The notes under the pieces are model-generated. The model saw only the letters and a list, made by a program, of their open reading frames with translations. It had not been told where the DNA came from and did no database searches. Below are positions 30,121 through 39,163 of a stretch of DNA of 64,000 nt, piece after piece. Each line of letters starts with the position of its first letter. Position 1 is the stretch's first letter. The position numbers and the translations under genes are program-made. The stretch covers positions 32,001 to 96,000 of the forward strand of contig CAVQXP010000001.1 in NCBI GenBank assembly GCA_963717935.1, given 5' to 3'. The stretch comes from Candidatus Eiseniibacteriota bacterium (lineage in GTDB: Bacteria; Eisenbacteria; RBG-16-71-46).

Positions 30121-32060
30121 GCCTCCTCCTTCTCCGTCACCGAGGGGAACAGCCAGTCCTCGGAGTCCTTCTGCTGCTGGTAGAGCCGGCGCGCCACCAC
30201 CAGGTGCTGGGCCAGTTCGGCGAACTTGCGCTTGCGCACACGCGGGTTGGTGGACTCGGTCCAGCGCCGGAAGACCTCGTCCTCGAACGAGCCCGAGATC
30301 TGCCAGGTCCCGAGGATCTCCTCCATCTCGCCCACCACCAGCTCGAACATGCGGATCTTGCGCTCGAGGATCTCGAGCACGTAGGCCTCGATGGTGCCGC
30401 GCGCGACCAGGTTGATGACGCGCACCGGGTGGCGCTGCCCGAGGCGGTGCACGCGCCCGATGCGCTGCTCCACGCGCATCGGGTTCCACGGCAGGTCGTA
30501 GTTGATGACGATCCGCGCGAACTGGAGGTTCCGCCCCTCGCCGCCGGCCTCGGTGCTCACCAGCACCGGCGAGACGGTGCGAAAGTGCTCGAGCGCCTCC
30601 TCCTTCTCGCGCCAGCCCAGCTCCCCGTGGAAGACCGACGGCTCCACGCCCGTGGCCTCCAGGGCGGAGACGATGGCGTCCTGGGTGGAGCGGAACTGCG
30701 TGAAGATGATGGCCTTCTCCCCCGCGAGCCCGCCCAGCACGCGCTGCAACGTGCGCAACTTCGACGGACTCGCCGAGACCGCCTCCGCGCGCGCGGCCAG
30801 CAGCTTCAGGCGCCGCTGGTCGAGCCCGTCCGGGCGATGCGTCAGGCGCTCGAGCGTGGCCCGCGCCGCGGCCCAGGACGAGCCCATCTCCTTCTGCAGA
30901 ACCATGAGGGTGAAGTAGTGCGGGCGACCGGGCCCGCCGTGCTCGCCGTGGACGGCCTCGGCCACGAACTCGCTCACCTGCCGATAGAGACCGCGCTCCG
31001 GCGCGGTCTGCGTCACCCAGCGGGTCTCCACCTTGCGCGGGGCGAAGACCAGGTCGGTGTCGCCGCGCCGCGTGCGGATCATGACCACCTTGAGCAGGTT
31101 GCGCAGCCGGGGCGTGTTGCGCGGCGTGCGCTTGTCGTGCCCCGAGAGGAAGTCACGGCGGAACTGCGAGAAGGTGCCCACCGTCCCGGGGCGCGTCAGC
31201 GTCACCAGGTTGTAGAGCTCGCGCATGTCGTTCTGGACCGGCGTGGCGGTGAGCAACAGCAGGTAGCGGGGGTTCAGGTCGTTCACGAACCTCCAGCCCA
31301 GCGTGAGGTGGTTGCGCAGGCGGTGCGCCTCGTCCACCACCACCATGTCGTAGTTGGCGCCGCGCACCCGACGGCGATGGCGCTCGTGCCGCGCGGTCTC
31401 GAGCGAGGAGATGACCAGCGGATGGCGGCCCCACTGCCCCGCCGGGCCACGGGAGACCACGAAATCGAGCTCGAACTTCTCCCACAGCTCGGCCCGCCAC
31501 TGCTCGCACAGCGAGGCCGGCACCAGCACCAGCACCGTCCGCGTCGCGCCCCGCAGCAGATACTCCTTGATGACGATGCCGGCCTCGATGGTCTTGCCCA
31601 GCCCCACCTCGTCGGCCAGGATGCAGCGCCCGTTCAGGTCGCGCATGACCTTCACGCAGGCCGCGATCTGGTGGGGGAAGCGCTCGACGCCGCGCAGGGA
31701 GTCGAGCGAGATGAGCCGGTCCGTGCCGGCCCAGCCGGACCAGCGCTCGGCCTGCGAGTGCAGCTCGAAGCGCGTGGCCGGCACCGCCCGGCCACGCTGC
31801 CAGGACTCCAGCAGCCGGTCGCCCTGCGCGTGCCAGACCCGTGCGGGCGACACGGCCTCGCCCGCCGCCGGCGCGGGCGCGCCCGCCTCCACGACGACCC
31901 ACTCGCGTTGCGCCGAGAGGCGGCGCAGCCGGCCGTCGAAGACCACCTCCAGCACCTCGCGGCCGCGGTCGGTGTGGACCTCGACCACGAGGCCCTCGCC
32001 GAACTGCGGGTGCCGCAGCCGCTGGCCGACCTGGTAGGCCTGGGCCTTCGTCAACTCCAC
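30117..32060 (-). CDS. SNF2-family helicase (YqhH/RapA-like) with an N-terminal Tudor-like domain
   Basis: PHQ, ILADEVGLGKTIEAG, VDEAHRL, LTATPVQN, STEAGGEGRNLQ and NYDLPWNPMRVEQRIGRVHR. Confidence 0.92.
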   Translation of the reverse strand: MELTKAQAYQVGQRLRHPQFGEGLVVEVHTDRGREVLEVVFDGRLRRLSAQREWVVVEAGAPAPAAGEAVSPARVWHAQGDRLLESWQRGRAVPATRFELHSQAERWSGWAGTDRLISLDSLRGVERFPHQIAACVKVMRDLNGRCILADEVGLGKTIEAGIVIKEYLLRGATRTVLVLVPASLCEQWRAELWEKFELDFVVSRGPAGQWGRHPLVISSLETARHERHRRRVRGANYDMVVVDEAHRLRNHLTLGWRFVNDLNPRYLLLLTATPVQNDMRELYNLVTLTRPGTVGTFSQFRRDFLSGHDKRTPRNTPRLRNLLKVVMIRTRRGDTDLVFAPRKVETRWVTQTAPERGLYRQVSEFVAEAVHGEHGGPGRPHYFTLMVLQKEMGSSWAAARATLERLTHRPDGLDQRRLKLLAARAEAVSASPSKLRTLQRVLGGLAGEKAIIFTQFRSTQDAIVSALEATGVEPSVFHGELGWREKEEALEHFRTVSPVLVSTEAGGEGRNLQFARIVINYDLPWNPMRVEQRIGRVHRLGQRHPVRVINLVARGTIEAYVLEILERKIRMFELVVGEMEEILGTWQISGSFEDEVFRRWTESTNPRVRKRKFAELAQHLVVARRLYQQQKDSEDWLFPSVTEKEEA

Positions 32061-33463
32061 AATGCGGCCTCCTCCCCCGGCGCAGGGACGGTCACCTCGG
32101 CCCCCACCTTCTCGCGCAGCAGGCCGGCCAGGGTCTCCGCGGGCCCGACGTCACCGTGCACCAGGAAGATGCGCCGCGGCGCGGGATCGAGCTGGCCGAC
32201 CCAGTCCAAGATCTCGGCCTGGTCCGCGTGCGCGCTGAAACCATCCAGCGCCGCCACCTCGCAGAGCCGGCGGGCGGGCTCGCCGAAGATGTTCACGAGC
32301 TCGGCGCCGTCCCGCAGGCGGCGGCCCAGCGTGCCCTCGGCCTGGTAGCCCACGAACAGCACGGTGTTCTTCGGGTTGCCGATCCCGTAGCGCAGGTGGT
32401 GCAGGATGCGGCCGCCTTCGCACATCCCCGAGGCGGCGATGATGATGCACGGCTCGTCGCGCTCGTTGAGCGCCTTGGATTCCTCCGCGCTGCTCACGTA
32501 GCGCAGGCGCGCGAAGCCGAAGGGCGCGCCGCCGTGGTTCACGAAGGCGTCGTGCGTCTCGGCGTCGAAGCACTCGGGGTGCTGCCGATAGACGCCCGTG
32601 GCGACCCGCGCCAGCGGGCTGTCCACGAAGATCGGCACGTCCGGCACCGCGCGGCGCTCGAGCAGGTCGTGCAGGGTCGCCACCAGCTCCTGCGTCCGCC
32701 CCACCGCGAACGAGGGCACGATGAGCCGGCCGCCGCGCCCGAGCGTGCGCGTCACCGTCTCCTGCAACGCCCGCACGGTCTCATCCTCGGGCGGGTGCCG
32801 CCGGTCGCCGTAGGTGCTCTCCAGCACCAGCACGTCCACACCCCGCGGGACCTCCGGATCGCGCAGGATGGGCCGCGCGCAACGTCCCAGATCCCCGCTC
32901 ATCCCCAGCCGCAGGGTGCGCCCCCCGTTGCGGAACTCGAAGACCGTGAGCGCCGAGCCGAGGATGTGGCCGGCGTCCAGATACTCGACCTCGATCCCCT
33001 CGGCCAGCGTCCACGGCTCGCGGTAGCCGTGCGTCTCGAAGCGCTCGAGCGTGGGCACCACGTCGGCGGGCCGGTAGAGCGGCTTGCGGGGCGGCTGGTA
33101 CTTCGCCCGCAGGCGGCGGTTCACGTGCTCGAGGTCGCGCTCCATCAGGAACGCGCTGTCCGCCAGCAGCGGGCGCACGAGGTCCGCGGTGGCCGGCGTG
33201 AGGTGGATCGCGCCGCGGAAGCCCTGGCGGACGAGCGTCGGCAGGTTCCCGGTGTGGTCCAGGTGGGCGTGCGAGACCACCACCGCCTCGAGTTCCTCGG
33301 GCGCGAAGCCGAACGCGCGATTCACGCGGTCCGCCTCTTCCCGGTGGCCCTGGTAGATGCCGCAATCGAAGAGCCAGGAGCGCGGGCCGAAGCGCAGCAG
33401 GTGGCGCGACCCGGTCACCGTGCGGGCCGCGCCCTGGAAGGCGATGGCGAGCGGCAGCGTCAT
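32051..33463 (-). CDS. MBL-fold beta-CASP ribonuclease (Ysh1/CPSF-like)
   Basis: GAARTVTGS, SHAHLDHTG, AGHILGS, ESTYG, FAVGRTQE, ASGMCEGGR and FSAHAD. Confidence 0.93.
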   Translation of the reverse strand: MTLPLAIAFQGAARTVTGSRHLLRFGPRSWLFDCGIYQGHREEADRVNRAFGFAPEELEAVVVSHAHLDHTGNLPTLVRQGFRGAIHLTPATADLVRPLLADSAFLMERDLEHVNRRLRAKYQPPRKPLYRPADVVPTLERFETHGYREPWTLAEGIEVEYLDAGHILGSALTVFEFRNGGRTLRLGMSGDLGRCARPILRDPEVPRGVDVLVLESTYGDRRHPPEDETVRALQETVTRTLGRGGRLIVPSFAVGRTQELVATLHDLLERRAVPDVPIFVDSPLARVATGVYRQHPECFDAETHDAFVNHGGAPFGFARLRYVSSAEESKALNERDEPCIIIAASGMCEGGRILHHLRYGIGNPKNTVLFVGYQAEGTLGRRLRDGAELVNIFGEPARRLCEVAALDGFSAHADQAEILDWVGQLDPAPRRIFLVHGDVGPAETLAGLLREKVGAEVTVPAPGEEAALWS

Positions 33464-34128
33464 CACAGGCTCGCGTACATGATCAAGCCGGCGGAGAACT
33501 GGATGTCGTGGTTCACCTTCCCGTCCAGGAAGATCGCGTGGTAGCGCGCCGCGAAATCGAAGGCCACGCTCTGCCAGAAGAAGCGCTCCACGCCCGCCCC
33601 GGCGCTGAGGTAGGCGCCATCGCCGAACGGGTACTCGTTCTCGCCGTCGTTCAGGGCGAAGATCGGGTGCGCGAGACCCGCGCCGACGCTCACCAGCTTC
33701 GTCGTCTTCGTGCGCGTGCCGAACAGCTGGTAGAAGTCCGCGCCGTAGAGGAACAGGTTGAGCCGCTTGTAGGCATACGGATCGTTCGCGTCGAGCGGTG
33801 GTTCGTTCGGGTACATGAGGTCCGGCACCTTGTCCAGCGTGCGCACGTCGAGGCCGTGGCCCTCGAAGGTGAGCCCGAAGCCGCGCTCGTAGCGCATCCG
33901 GTAGCGCACGCGCATCGCCAGCCCCGGGCCACTGCCGAACACGTCGCCCACGTTCCCGCTGTCGAGCAAGGTGCCGTAGAGACCGCTGAGGCCCACGCCC
34001 ACCTGCCCGGGACGCGGGAGCACGACCACCGTCCCGGCGCGCGCCGGGACGACCGCGAGGGCGCCGAGCGTCACGCCGAGGACGAGCACCACCACCGCCA
34101 CGAACCAGCCGCCACAGGTCCTGCCCAT
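33463..34128 (-). CDS. Probable small outer-membrane beta-barrel protein
   Basis: Signal peptide, then amphipathic beta-strand pattern (YLSAGAGVERFF, FAARYH, IQFSAGLIMY). Confidence 0.6.
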   Translation of the reverse strand: MGRTCGGWFVAVVVLVLGVTLGALAVVPARAGTVVVLPRPGQVGVGLSGLYGTLLDSGNVGDVFGSGPGLAMRVRYRMRYERGFGLTFEGHGLDVRTLDKVPDLMYPNEPPLDANDPYAYKRLNLFLYGADFYQLFGTRTKTTKLVSVGAGLAHPIFALNDGENEYPFGDGAYLSAGAGVERFFWQSVAFDFAARYHAIFLDGKVNHDIQFSAGLIMYASL

Positions 34129-34156
34129 TCGAGACTCCTTCCTGAATCGATTTCCC

Positions 34157-35119
34157 TCAGCCGCGAGGGTGGAAGGTGCGATGCACCTCCCGGAGATAGG
34201 CCCGGTCCAGATGAGTGTAGATCGCGGTCGTCGCCACCGAAGCGTGGCCCAGCAACTCCTGCACCACCCGCAGGTCCGCGCCGCCGTGCAGCAGGTGCGT
34301 CGCGAAGGAGTGCCGCAGGGCGTGCGGGTGCACACGTCCGGCGATCCCCGCCGCGCGCGCGTGGCCCCGCAGGATCTTCCAGAACCCCATGCGCGAGAGC
34401 CCCCGGCCGCGCGCGTTGGCGAAGACGAAGTCGTGACGCTCGCGCCGCACGAGGAGCGGGCGGGCACGATCGAGGTACGCGCGCAGCGCGCGCTCCGCCG
34501 CCCGACCGAAGGGCACCGAGCGCTGCTTGTCCCGCTTGCCGATCACGGTGACGAGGCGGTTCGCGAGGTCGAGGTCCGCGCGCTTCAGCCCGCAGAGCTC
34601 CGAGACCCGCAGCCCGCTGCCGTAGGCCAGCTCGAGCATGGCGCGGTCGCGCAATCGGAGAGGCTCCTCCCCCTCGGGCTGCGCGAGCAGCGTCCCCACC
34701 TCCTCGACGGACAGCGCGCGCGGCAGGCGGCGTTCGCGCCGCGGCGCCGGCATCTCGTCCAGTGGACCGATCGCGTCCCCCGCGCCGCGCGCGAGCCAGG
34801 CGTGGAAGCCGCGCAGCGCCGAGCGCCGGCGGGCCACGGTCGCCCCCGAGAGACCGCGCTTCAGCAACAGCGCGAAGTAGCCGTCCACGAACGTGGAAGT
34901 CACTTCGGACCAGGCCCCGAGCCGGTGGCGCAGCGCGAAGCCGCGGTAGTCGGCGAGGTCGCGGGCGTAGGCGTTCACCGTGTTGTCGCTGAGCCTGCGG
35001 CCGGCGCGCAACTCGTCCAGGAAGCCCTCGAGCGGCCCGTCCAGCGCCGGCAGCACCGCGGGCCGCGGGAGCTTCCCGGTCTTCCGGGTGGCCGTGGCGC
35101 TCGCGCTCTTCGGGCTCAT
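34157..35119 (-). CDS. xerD: Tyrosine recombinase XerD
   Basis: LSDNTVNAYARDL, RDRAMLELAYGSGLRVSEL and HALRHSFATHLL..DLRVVQELLGH..TTAIYTH..HPRG. Confidence 0.9.
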   Translation of the reverse strand: MSPKSASATATRKTGKLPRPAVLPALDGPLEGFLDELRAGRRLSDNTVNAYARDLADYRGFALRHRLGAWSEVTSTFVDGYFALLLKRGLSGATVARRRSALRGFHAWLARGAGDAIGPLDEMPAPRRERRLPRALSVEEVGTLLAQPEGEEPLRLRDRAMLELAYGSGLRVSELCGLKRADLDLANRLVTVIGKRDKQRSVPFGRAAERALRAYLDRARPLLVRRERHDFVFANARGRGLSRMGFWKILRGHARAAGIAGRVHPHALRHSFATHLLHGGADLRVVQELLGHASVATTAIYTHLDRAYLREVHRTFHPRG

Positions 35120-37002
35120 GCCGGCCCCCGCACGGACCCGTCCGCCGCCCCGGAAGCCGTCACGCCTCCGGGAATCGCGGGCCCGGCCGCCGCACCACCG
35201 CGCAACCGGGCAGCCACGCGCGCGGCGAGCGCCGGCGGCACGTTCGCGCGCCGCGCGATCTCCTCCGGGGCCGCCTCGGTCAGCGCCGCGACCGAACCGA
35301 ACGCCTTGAGCAGGGCCGCGCGCCGGGCCGGTCCCACGCCCGGCACCTGATCGAGGGCGCTCGTGAGGCGGGCGCGCCCGCGCAGCTTGCGATGATACGT
35401 GAGGCCGAAGCGGTGGGCCTCGTCGCGCAGCCGCTGGAGCGCGCGCAGCGCGCGACTGCGGCGCGGCAGCGTGAGTGGGCCGCCCGACTCGCGCACCACC
35501 GTCTCCTCGCGCTTGGCCAGCCCGATCAACTGCACGGGCCGGGTCGCCACGCGGTCGAGCGCGGCGCGCGCCGCCCCGACCTGGCCCACACCACCGTCCA
35601 CCACCACCAGGTCGGGCCGTGGCTCCTCCCCCGACTCGACCCGCGTCCAGTAACGCACGACGGCCTCGCCGATCATGGCGAAGTCGTCCGGCCCCGGCCG
35701 CCGCACGCGCATGCGCCGGTAGAGCCCGGTGCGCGCCCGGCCGTTCTCCGAGGCCACGACCGCGGCCACCGCACCCTCGGCCCCCAGGTTCGAGATGTCG
35801 AAGCACACCATCCGCCAGGGCGGCTCGGCGAGCGCCAGCGCCTTCTGCAGCTCCAGCATCCCGGGCGAGAAGCGGGAGCGCCGGCCGGCCGAGCGCGCGG
35901 CGAGGTCCTCGAGCGCGTGCGCCGCGTTCCGCTCGGCCGAGAGCAGCAGGGCGCGCGCGCGCCCGCGGCGCGGCACCCGGAACTCCACGCGGCGACCGGC
36001 GCGCGCGGAAAGCGCCTCGAGCGTCACCTCGGCGTCGGCCGGCAGGGCGGCCACGACGAGCCGTTCCGGCAGGGGCGCGCCCGCGAGGTAGTGCTGCGCC
36101 AGGAACTGCTGCAGCAGCGCCTCGTCACCCAGCGTATCCGCCCGGTCGAGCAGGCGCGTCTCCTTCGCCACGACACGGCCGGCGCGCAACAGCAGCGCCG
36201 CCACCGCCGCGTGCCGGCCGTGGCGCGCCAGGCCCAGCACGTCCGTGTCGCGGCCCCCCGGGCTCACGATCCGCTGCGGCACCCGCGCCTTCTCGAGCAT
36301 CGCGATCTGGTCACGCAGTCGCGCGGCCTCCTCGTAACGGCGGCCGCCGGAGGCCTGCCCCATGCGCTCGCGCAGGGTGTGCAGCAGTTCGACGTCGCGC
36401 CCCGTGAGGAAGAGCAGCAGCCCATCCACGATGGCGCGGTACGACTCCGGGGTCATCCCCGCGCGTGTCGCGCACGGTCCCGCGCAGCGCCGGATGTGAT
36501 AGTAGAGGCAGGGCCGGTTCGCGCGGCGGTAGTCCTCGAAGTTGCGGCAGGTCCGCACCGGGAAGATGCGCCGGACCTCGCGCAGCGTGCGGCGCAGGTG
36601 CTTCACGTCGGTGTAGGGCCCGAGATGGCGCGCCCCGTCGCTGCGCACCTGGCGGGTGACCGACAGGCGCGGGTACTCCTCCTGCACGCTCAAGCGGACG
36701 TACGGGAAGGACTTGTCGTCCTTCAGGAGCACGTTGTAGTGCGGCCGGTGCTGCCGCACCAGCGTCGCCTCGAGCAGCAGGGCCTCGGCCTCGGTGTCGG
36801 TGAGGATGCTGTCGAGATCCACGGCTCCGGCCATCAGTTCGCGAAGGCGGGGGTGCGAGTTCTCCCCGTTGAGGTAGGACCGGACCCGGGCGGACAGGCT
36901 CTTGGCCTTGCCGACGTACAGCACCTCGCCGCGGGGGTCCTTGAAGAGGTAAACCCCCGGCAGGGCCGGCAGATTGAGGACTTTCTCGCCCAGAGCGCTC
37001 AA
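35116..37002 (-). CDS. uvrC: Excinuclease ABC subunit C
   Basis: PGVYLFKD..YVGKAKSL..RVRSY, LLKDDKSFPY, FDISN, DGGVGQ, RDEAHRF and HhH. GGAGG SD before TTG 37002. Confidence 0.95.
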   Translation of the reverse strand: MSALGEKVLNLPALPGVYLFKDPRGEVLYVGKAKSLSARVRSYLNGENSHPRLRELMAGAVDLDSILTDTEAEALLLEATLVRQHRPHYNVLLKDDKSFPYVRLSVQEEYPRLSVTRQVRSDGARHLGPYTDVKHLRRTLREVRRIFPVRTCRNFEDYRRANRPCLYYHIRRCAGPCATRAGMTPESYRAIVDGLLLFLTGRDVELLHTLRERMGQASGGRRYEEAARLRDQIAMLEKARVPQRIVSPGGRDTDVLGLARHGRHAAVAALLLRAGRVVAKETRLLDRADTLGDEALLQQFLAQHYLAGAPLPERLVVAALPADAEVTLEALSARAGRRVEFRVPRRGRARALLLSAERNAAHALEDLAARSAGRRSRFSPGMLELQKALALAEPPWRMVCFDISNLGAEGAVAAVVASENGRARTGLYRRMRVRRPGPDDFAMIGEAVVRYWTRVESGEEPRPDLVVVDGGVGQVGAARAALDRVATRPVQLIGLAKREETVVRESGGPLTLPRRSRALRALQRLRDEAHRFGLTYHRKLRGRARLTSALDQVPGVGPARRAALLKAFGSVAALTEAAPEEIARRANVPPALAARVAARLRGGAAAGPAIPGGVTASGAADGSVRGPA

Positions 37003-37113
37003 GAGGGCCTCCGAAGGGACAAGGAGGGTCGCTCGAAGGAAACACGGTACACCTGCCCGCGTCGCCCTCAAAGCGGCTTCTTCACCCCCGGCGCCCCCGC
37101 CGGCCCGATCCGC

Positions 37114-37143
37114 TTGACACCCCCGGAGCGCGGGCCGTAACGT
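37114..37143 (+). promoter_or_regulatory. Sigma70 promoter for rpsT
   Basis: TTGACA, 18 nt, TAACGT. Confidence 0.7.
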
Positions 37144-37186
37144 ACGTGCCTCATTTCCGTTGCAAGCCGTCCCCAAGGAGGAACGA

Positions 37187-37444
37187 ATGCCGCATCACAA
37201 GTCCGCGGCCAAGCGTGTCAAGACGAACGAGAAGGCCCGCCTGAGCAACGTGGCGGTCAAGAGCCGCTTGCGGTCCGCCGTCAAGGCCGTGCGCTCCGCC
37301 AAGAAGAGGGCCGAGGCCGAGACCGCGCTGAAGGCGGCCATCTCGATCCTCGACCGCACCGCCGCCAAGGGCGTCATCAAGAAGGAGACTGCCAGTCGGC
37401 AGAAGTCACGCCTGACCCTGTTCGCGGCCAAGCTGCCGGCCTGA
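37187..37444 (+). CDS. rpsT: 30S ribosomal protein S20
   Basis: MPHHKSAAKRVKTNEKARLSN..KGVIKKETASRQKSRL; AGGAGG SD. Confidence 0.97.
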   Translation: MPHHKSAAKRVKTNEKARLSNVAVKSRLRSAVKAVRSAKKRAEAETALKAAISILDRTAAKGVIKKETASRQKSRLTLFAAKLPA

Positions 37445-37454
37445 CGCCGATGCC

Positions 37455-37883
37455 ATGAAGCGCATCGTGGCCGCATCGTTGGCGGCCAGCTTCCTCTTGG
37501 AGCTTTTCCTTCCGGCCGCCTGTGCCGCCCGCCAGGCGGCCGGTCCGTTCGAGCCCGTGCCCCTCGAGCCGCCCCCGCACGCGCCGCACCGCCTTGCCTA
37601 CGGCTCGCTGCTGGCAGGCGCCGGACTGGTCGGCCTCTCCTTCGCGCTGACCGGCCGCGCCAACCGCAGCTACGACCGCTATCTCGCCGCCACCACGCCT
37701 GCCGAGATCGGTCACCTCTATGACGAGACCGTCCGCCTCGACCGGATCTCGGCGGCGGCCCTGCTCACCGGCGAGGCATTGATCGCGACCGGTGTCTGGT
37801 TGCGCTTCCTGCACCGGCCCGCCTCGCAGCGGGTCGCGCTCACCGTGGACTCCCACCGATGCGCCGTCTCGCTGCGCTTCTGA
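37455..37883 (+). CDS. Hypothetical secreted/membrane protein
   Basis: Signal-like N-terminus, two hydrophobic segments and a C-terminal aromatic residue (VSLRF). Confidence 0.6.
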   Translation: MKRIVAASLAASFLLELFLPAACAARQAAGPFEPVPLEPPPHAPHRLAYGSLLAGAGLVGLSFALTGRANRSYDRYLAATTPAEIGHLYDETVRLDRISAAALLTGEALIATGVWLRFLHRPASQRVALTVDSHRCAVSLRF

Positions 37884-39163
37884 CCCTCGCGCTGCCGCTC
37901 CTCGCGGGCTGCAGCACGCGGGCACACCTCAATCCCTTCGACCCGGCGAACCCCGCGACCGGCGGCCGGCCCGCGAGCTTCCAGGCGCTGGCCGGCGACC
38001 AGTCCGTGCACCTGCGCTGGCAGACCTTCTCCGTCCCGGGGTTGCTCGGCTACCAAGTCTTCCGCCGCGCCCCCGGGGACACGGCCTTCCGCCCGCTCAC
38101 GGTCGTGCTCCCGCCCACGACCTCGAGCCACACGGACTTCGCGCTGTTGAACGGGGCCGAGCACCACTACCGCCTCTACTTCGTGCTCGAGGACGGCCTG
38201 GCCGGCCAGCCCGCCGAAGACGTGGCCACGCCGGGCCCCCTGCGGCCCTGGGTCGCCGACCCCCTGAGCGGCACGCTCGCGCGCCTCAGCGCGGACGGCA
38301 GGCACGTGTCCGAGTCCTTCCCGCCGGCGGGCGGGGCCACCCCGGTCTCGGTGGACGTGAACCCCGCCGATGGACGGGTGTGGGCCGTCGGTCCCGGCGG
38401 CGACGTGCTCGTCTACGAACCCGGCCCGGGGCGCTCCACCGTCATCGGCCAGGGTCTCGGCACGCTCGCGTGCGTCGTCGTTGACCGCCCGGACAGTTCC
38501 GCGTGGGTGGCCGACGCGACCAACGGCCGCGTCCTGCATCTGCTGCCCTCGGGGCAGAGCGCGGACCCGCCGGTGCTGAGCGGGCTCGCGTACCCCGGCA
38601 GCCTCGCGCTCGACCGCTCGAACCGCTCCCTCTGGGTGGTCGAGCAGGACGGCGACCGCGTGCGCCGCTACACCGCCGACGGCGCGCTCGCCGCCACCGC
38701 CGTCGTGTCGAAGCCCTCGCGCGTCGCCGTGGATCCCGTGACGCACGAGGCCTGGGTCACTTCGCTGCTCCTCGGGCGCATCGTGCGGCTCTCGCCCGGC
38801 GGCGCGGCTCTCGACACCATCACGGCCTGTGCGGGGCCCATCGGCATCGCGGTGGACGCCACCCACCGCCGCATCTGGGTCGCCGATGCCGCGGCCGACC
38901 GCGTCGTGGCGCTCTCGCCCGACGGCACGCTCGAGTTCCTGATCGCGGGACAGGCCGAGGCACGCGAGATCGCCATCGACGAGGCCACGGGCGAAGCGTG
39001 GGTGACGCTGGCCGCTGCCGGCGCGGTGGCGCGCCTCTCCCCCACCGGCGTCGAGATCCTGCGCGTGGGCGGGCTCGGCGGCCCGTGGGGCATCGCGCTC
39101 GACGACGTGAACGCACGCGTCCTGCCGCTCGCGCCGGACGCGGCGGCCGCCGCGCTCCGCTGA
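37859..39163 (+). CDS. Lipoprotein with FN3-like domain and NHL/beta-propeller repeats
   Basis: Lipobox LLAG-C, NPFDP, an FN3-like VHLRW..GYQVFR segment and repeated P..I/VAVD..VWVAD units. Confidence 0.75.
   Translation: MRRLAALLTLALPLLAGCSTRAHLNPFDPANPATGGRPASFQALAGDQSVHLRWQTFSVPGLLGYQVFRRAPGDTAFRPLTVVLPPTTSSHTDFALLNGAEHHYRLYFVLEDGLAGQPAEDVATPGPLRPWVADPLSGTLARLSADGRHVSESFPPAGGATPVSVDVNPADGRVWAVGPGGDVLVYEPGPGRSTVIGQGLGTLACVVVDRPDSSAWVADATNGRVLHLLPSGQSADPPVLSGLAYPGSLALDRSNRSLWVVEQDGDRVRRYTADGALAATAVVSKPSRVAVDPVTHEAWVTSLLLGRIVRLSPGGAALDTITACAGPIGIAVDATHRRIWVADAAADRVVALSPDGTLEFLIAGQAEAREIAIDEATGEAWVTLAAAGAVARLSPTGVEILRVGGLGGPWGIALDDVNARVLPLAPDAAAAALR

Noticed and set aside
28975..33463. SNF2 helicase plus nuclease as an anti-phage system (DISARM, BREX or Zorya)
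   Set aside because: No methylase, PglZ, DrmA/B or ZorA/B. Composition matches the core genome and the MBL protein is a common beta-CASP RNase.
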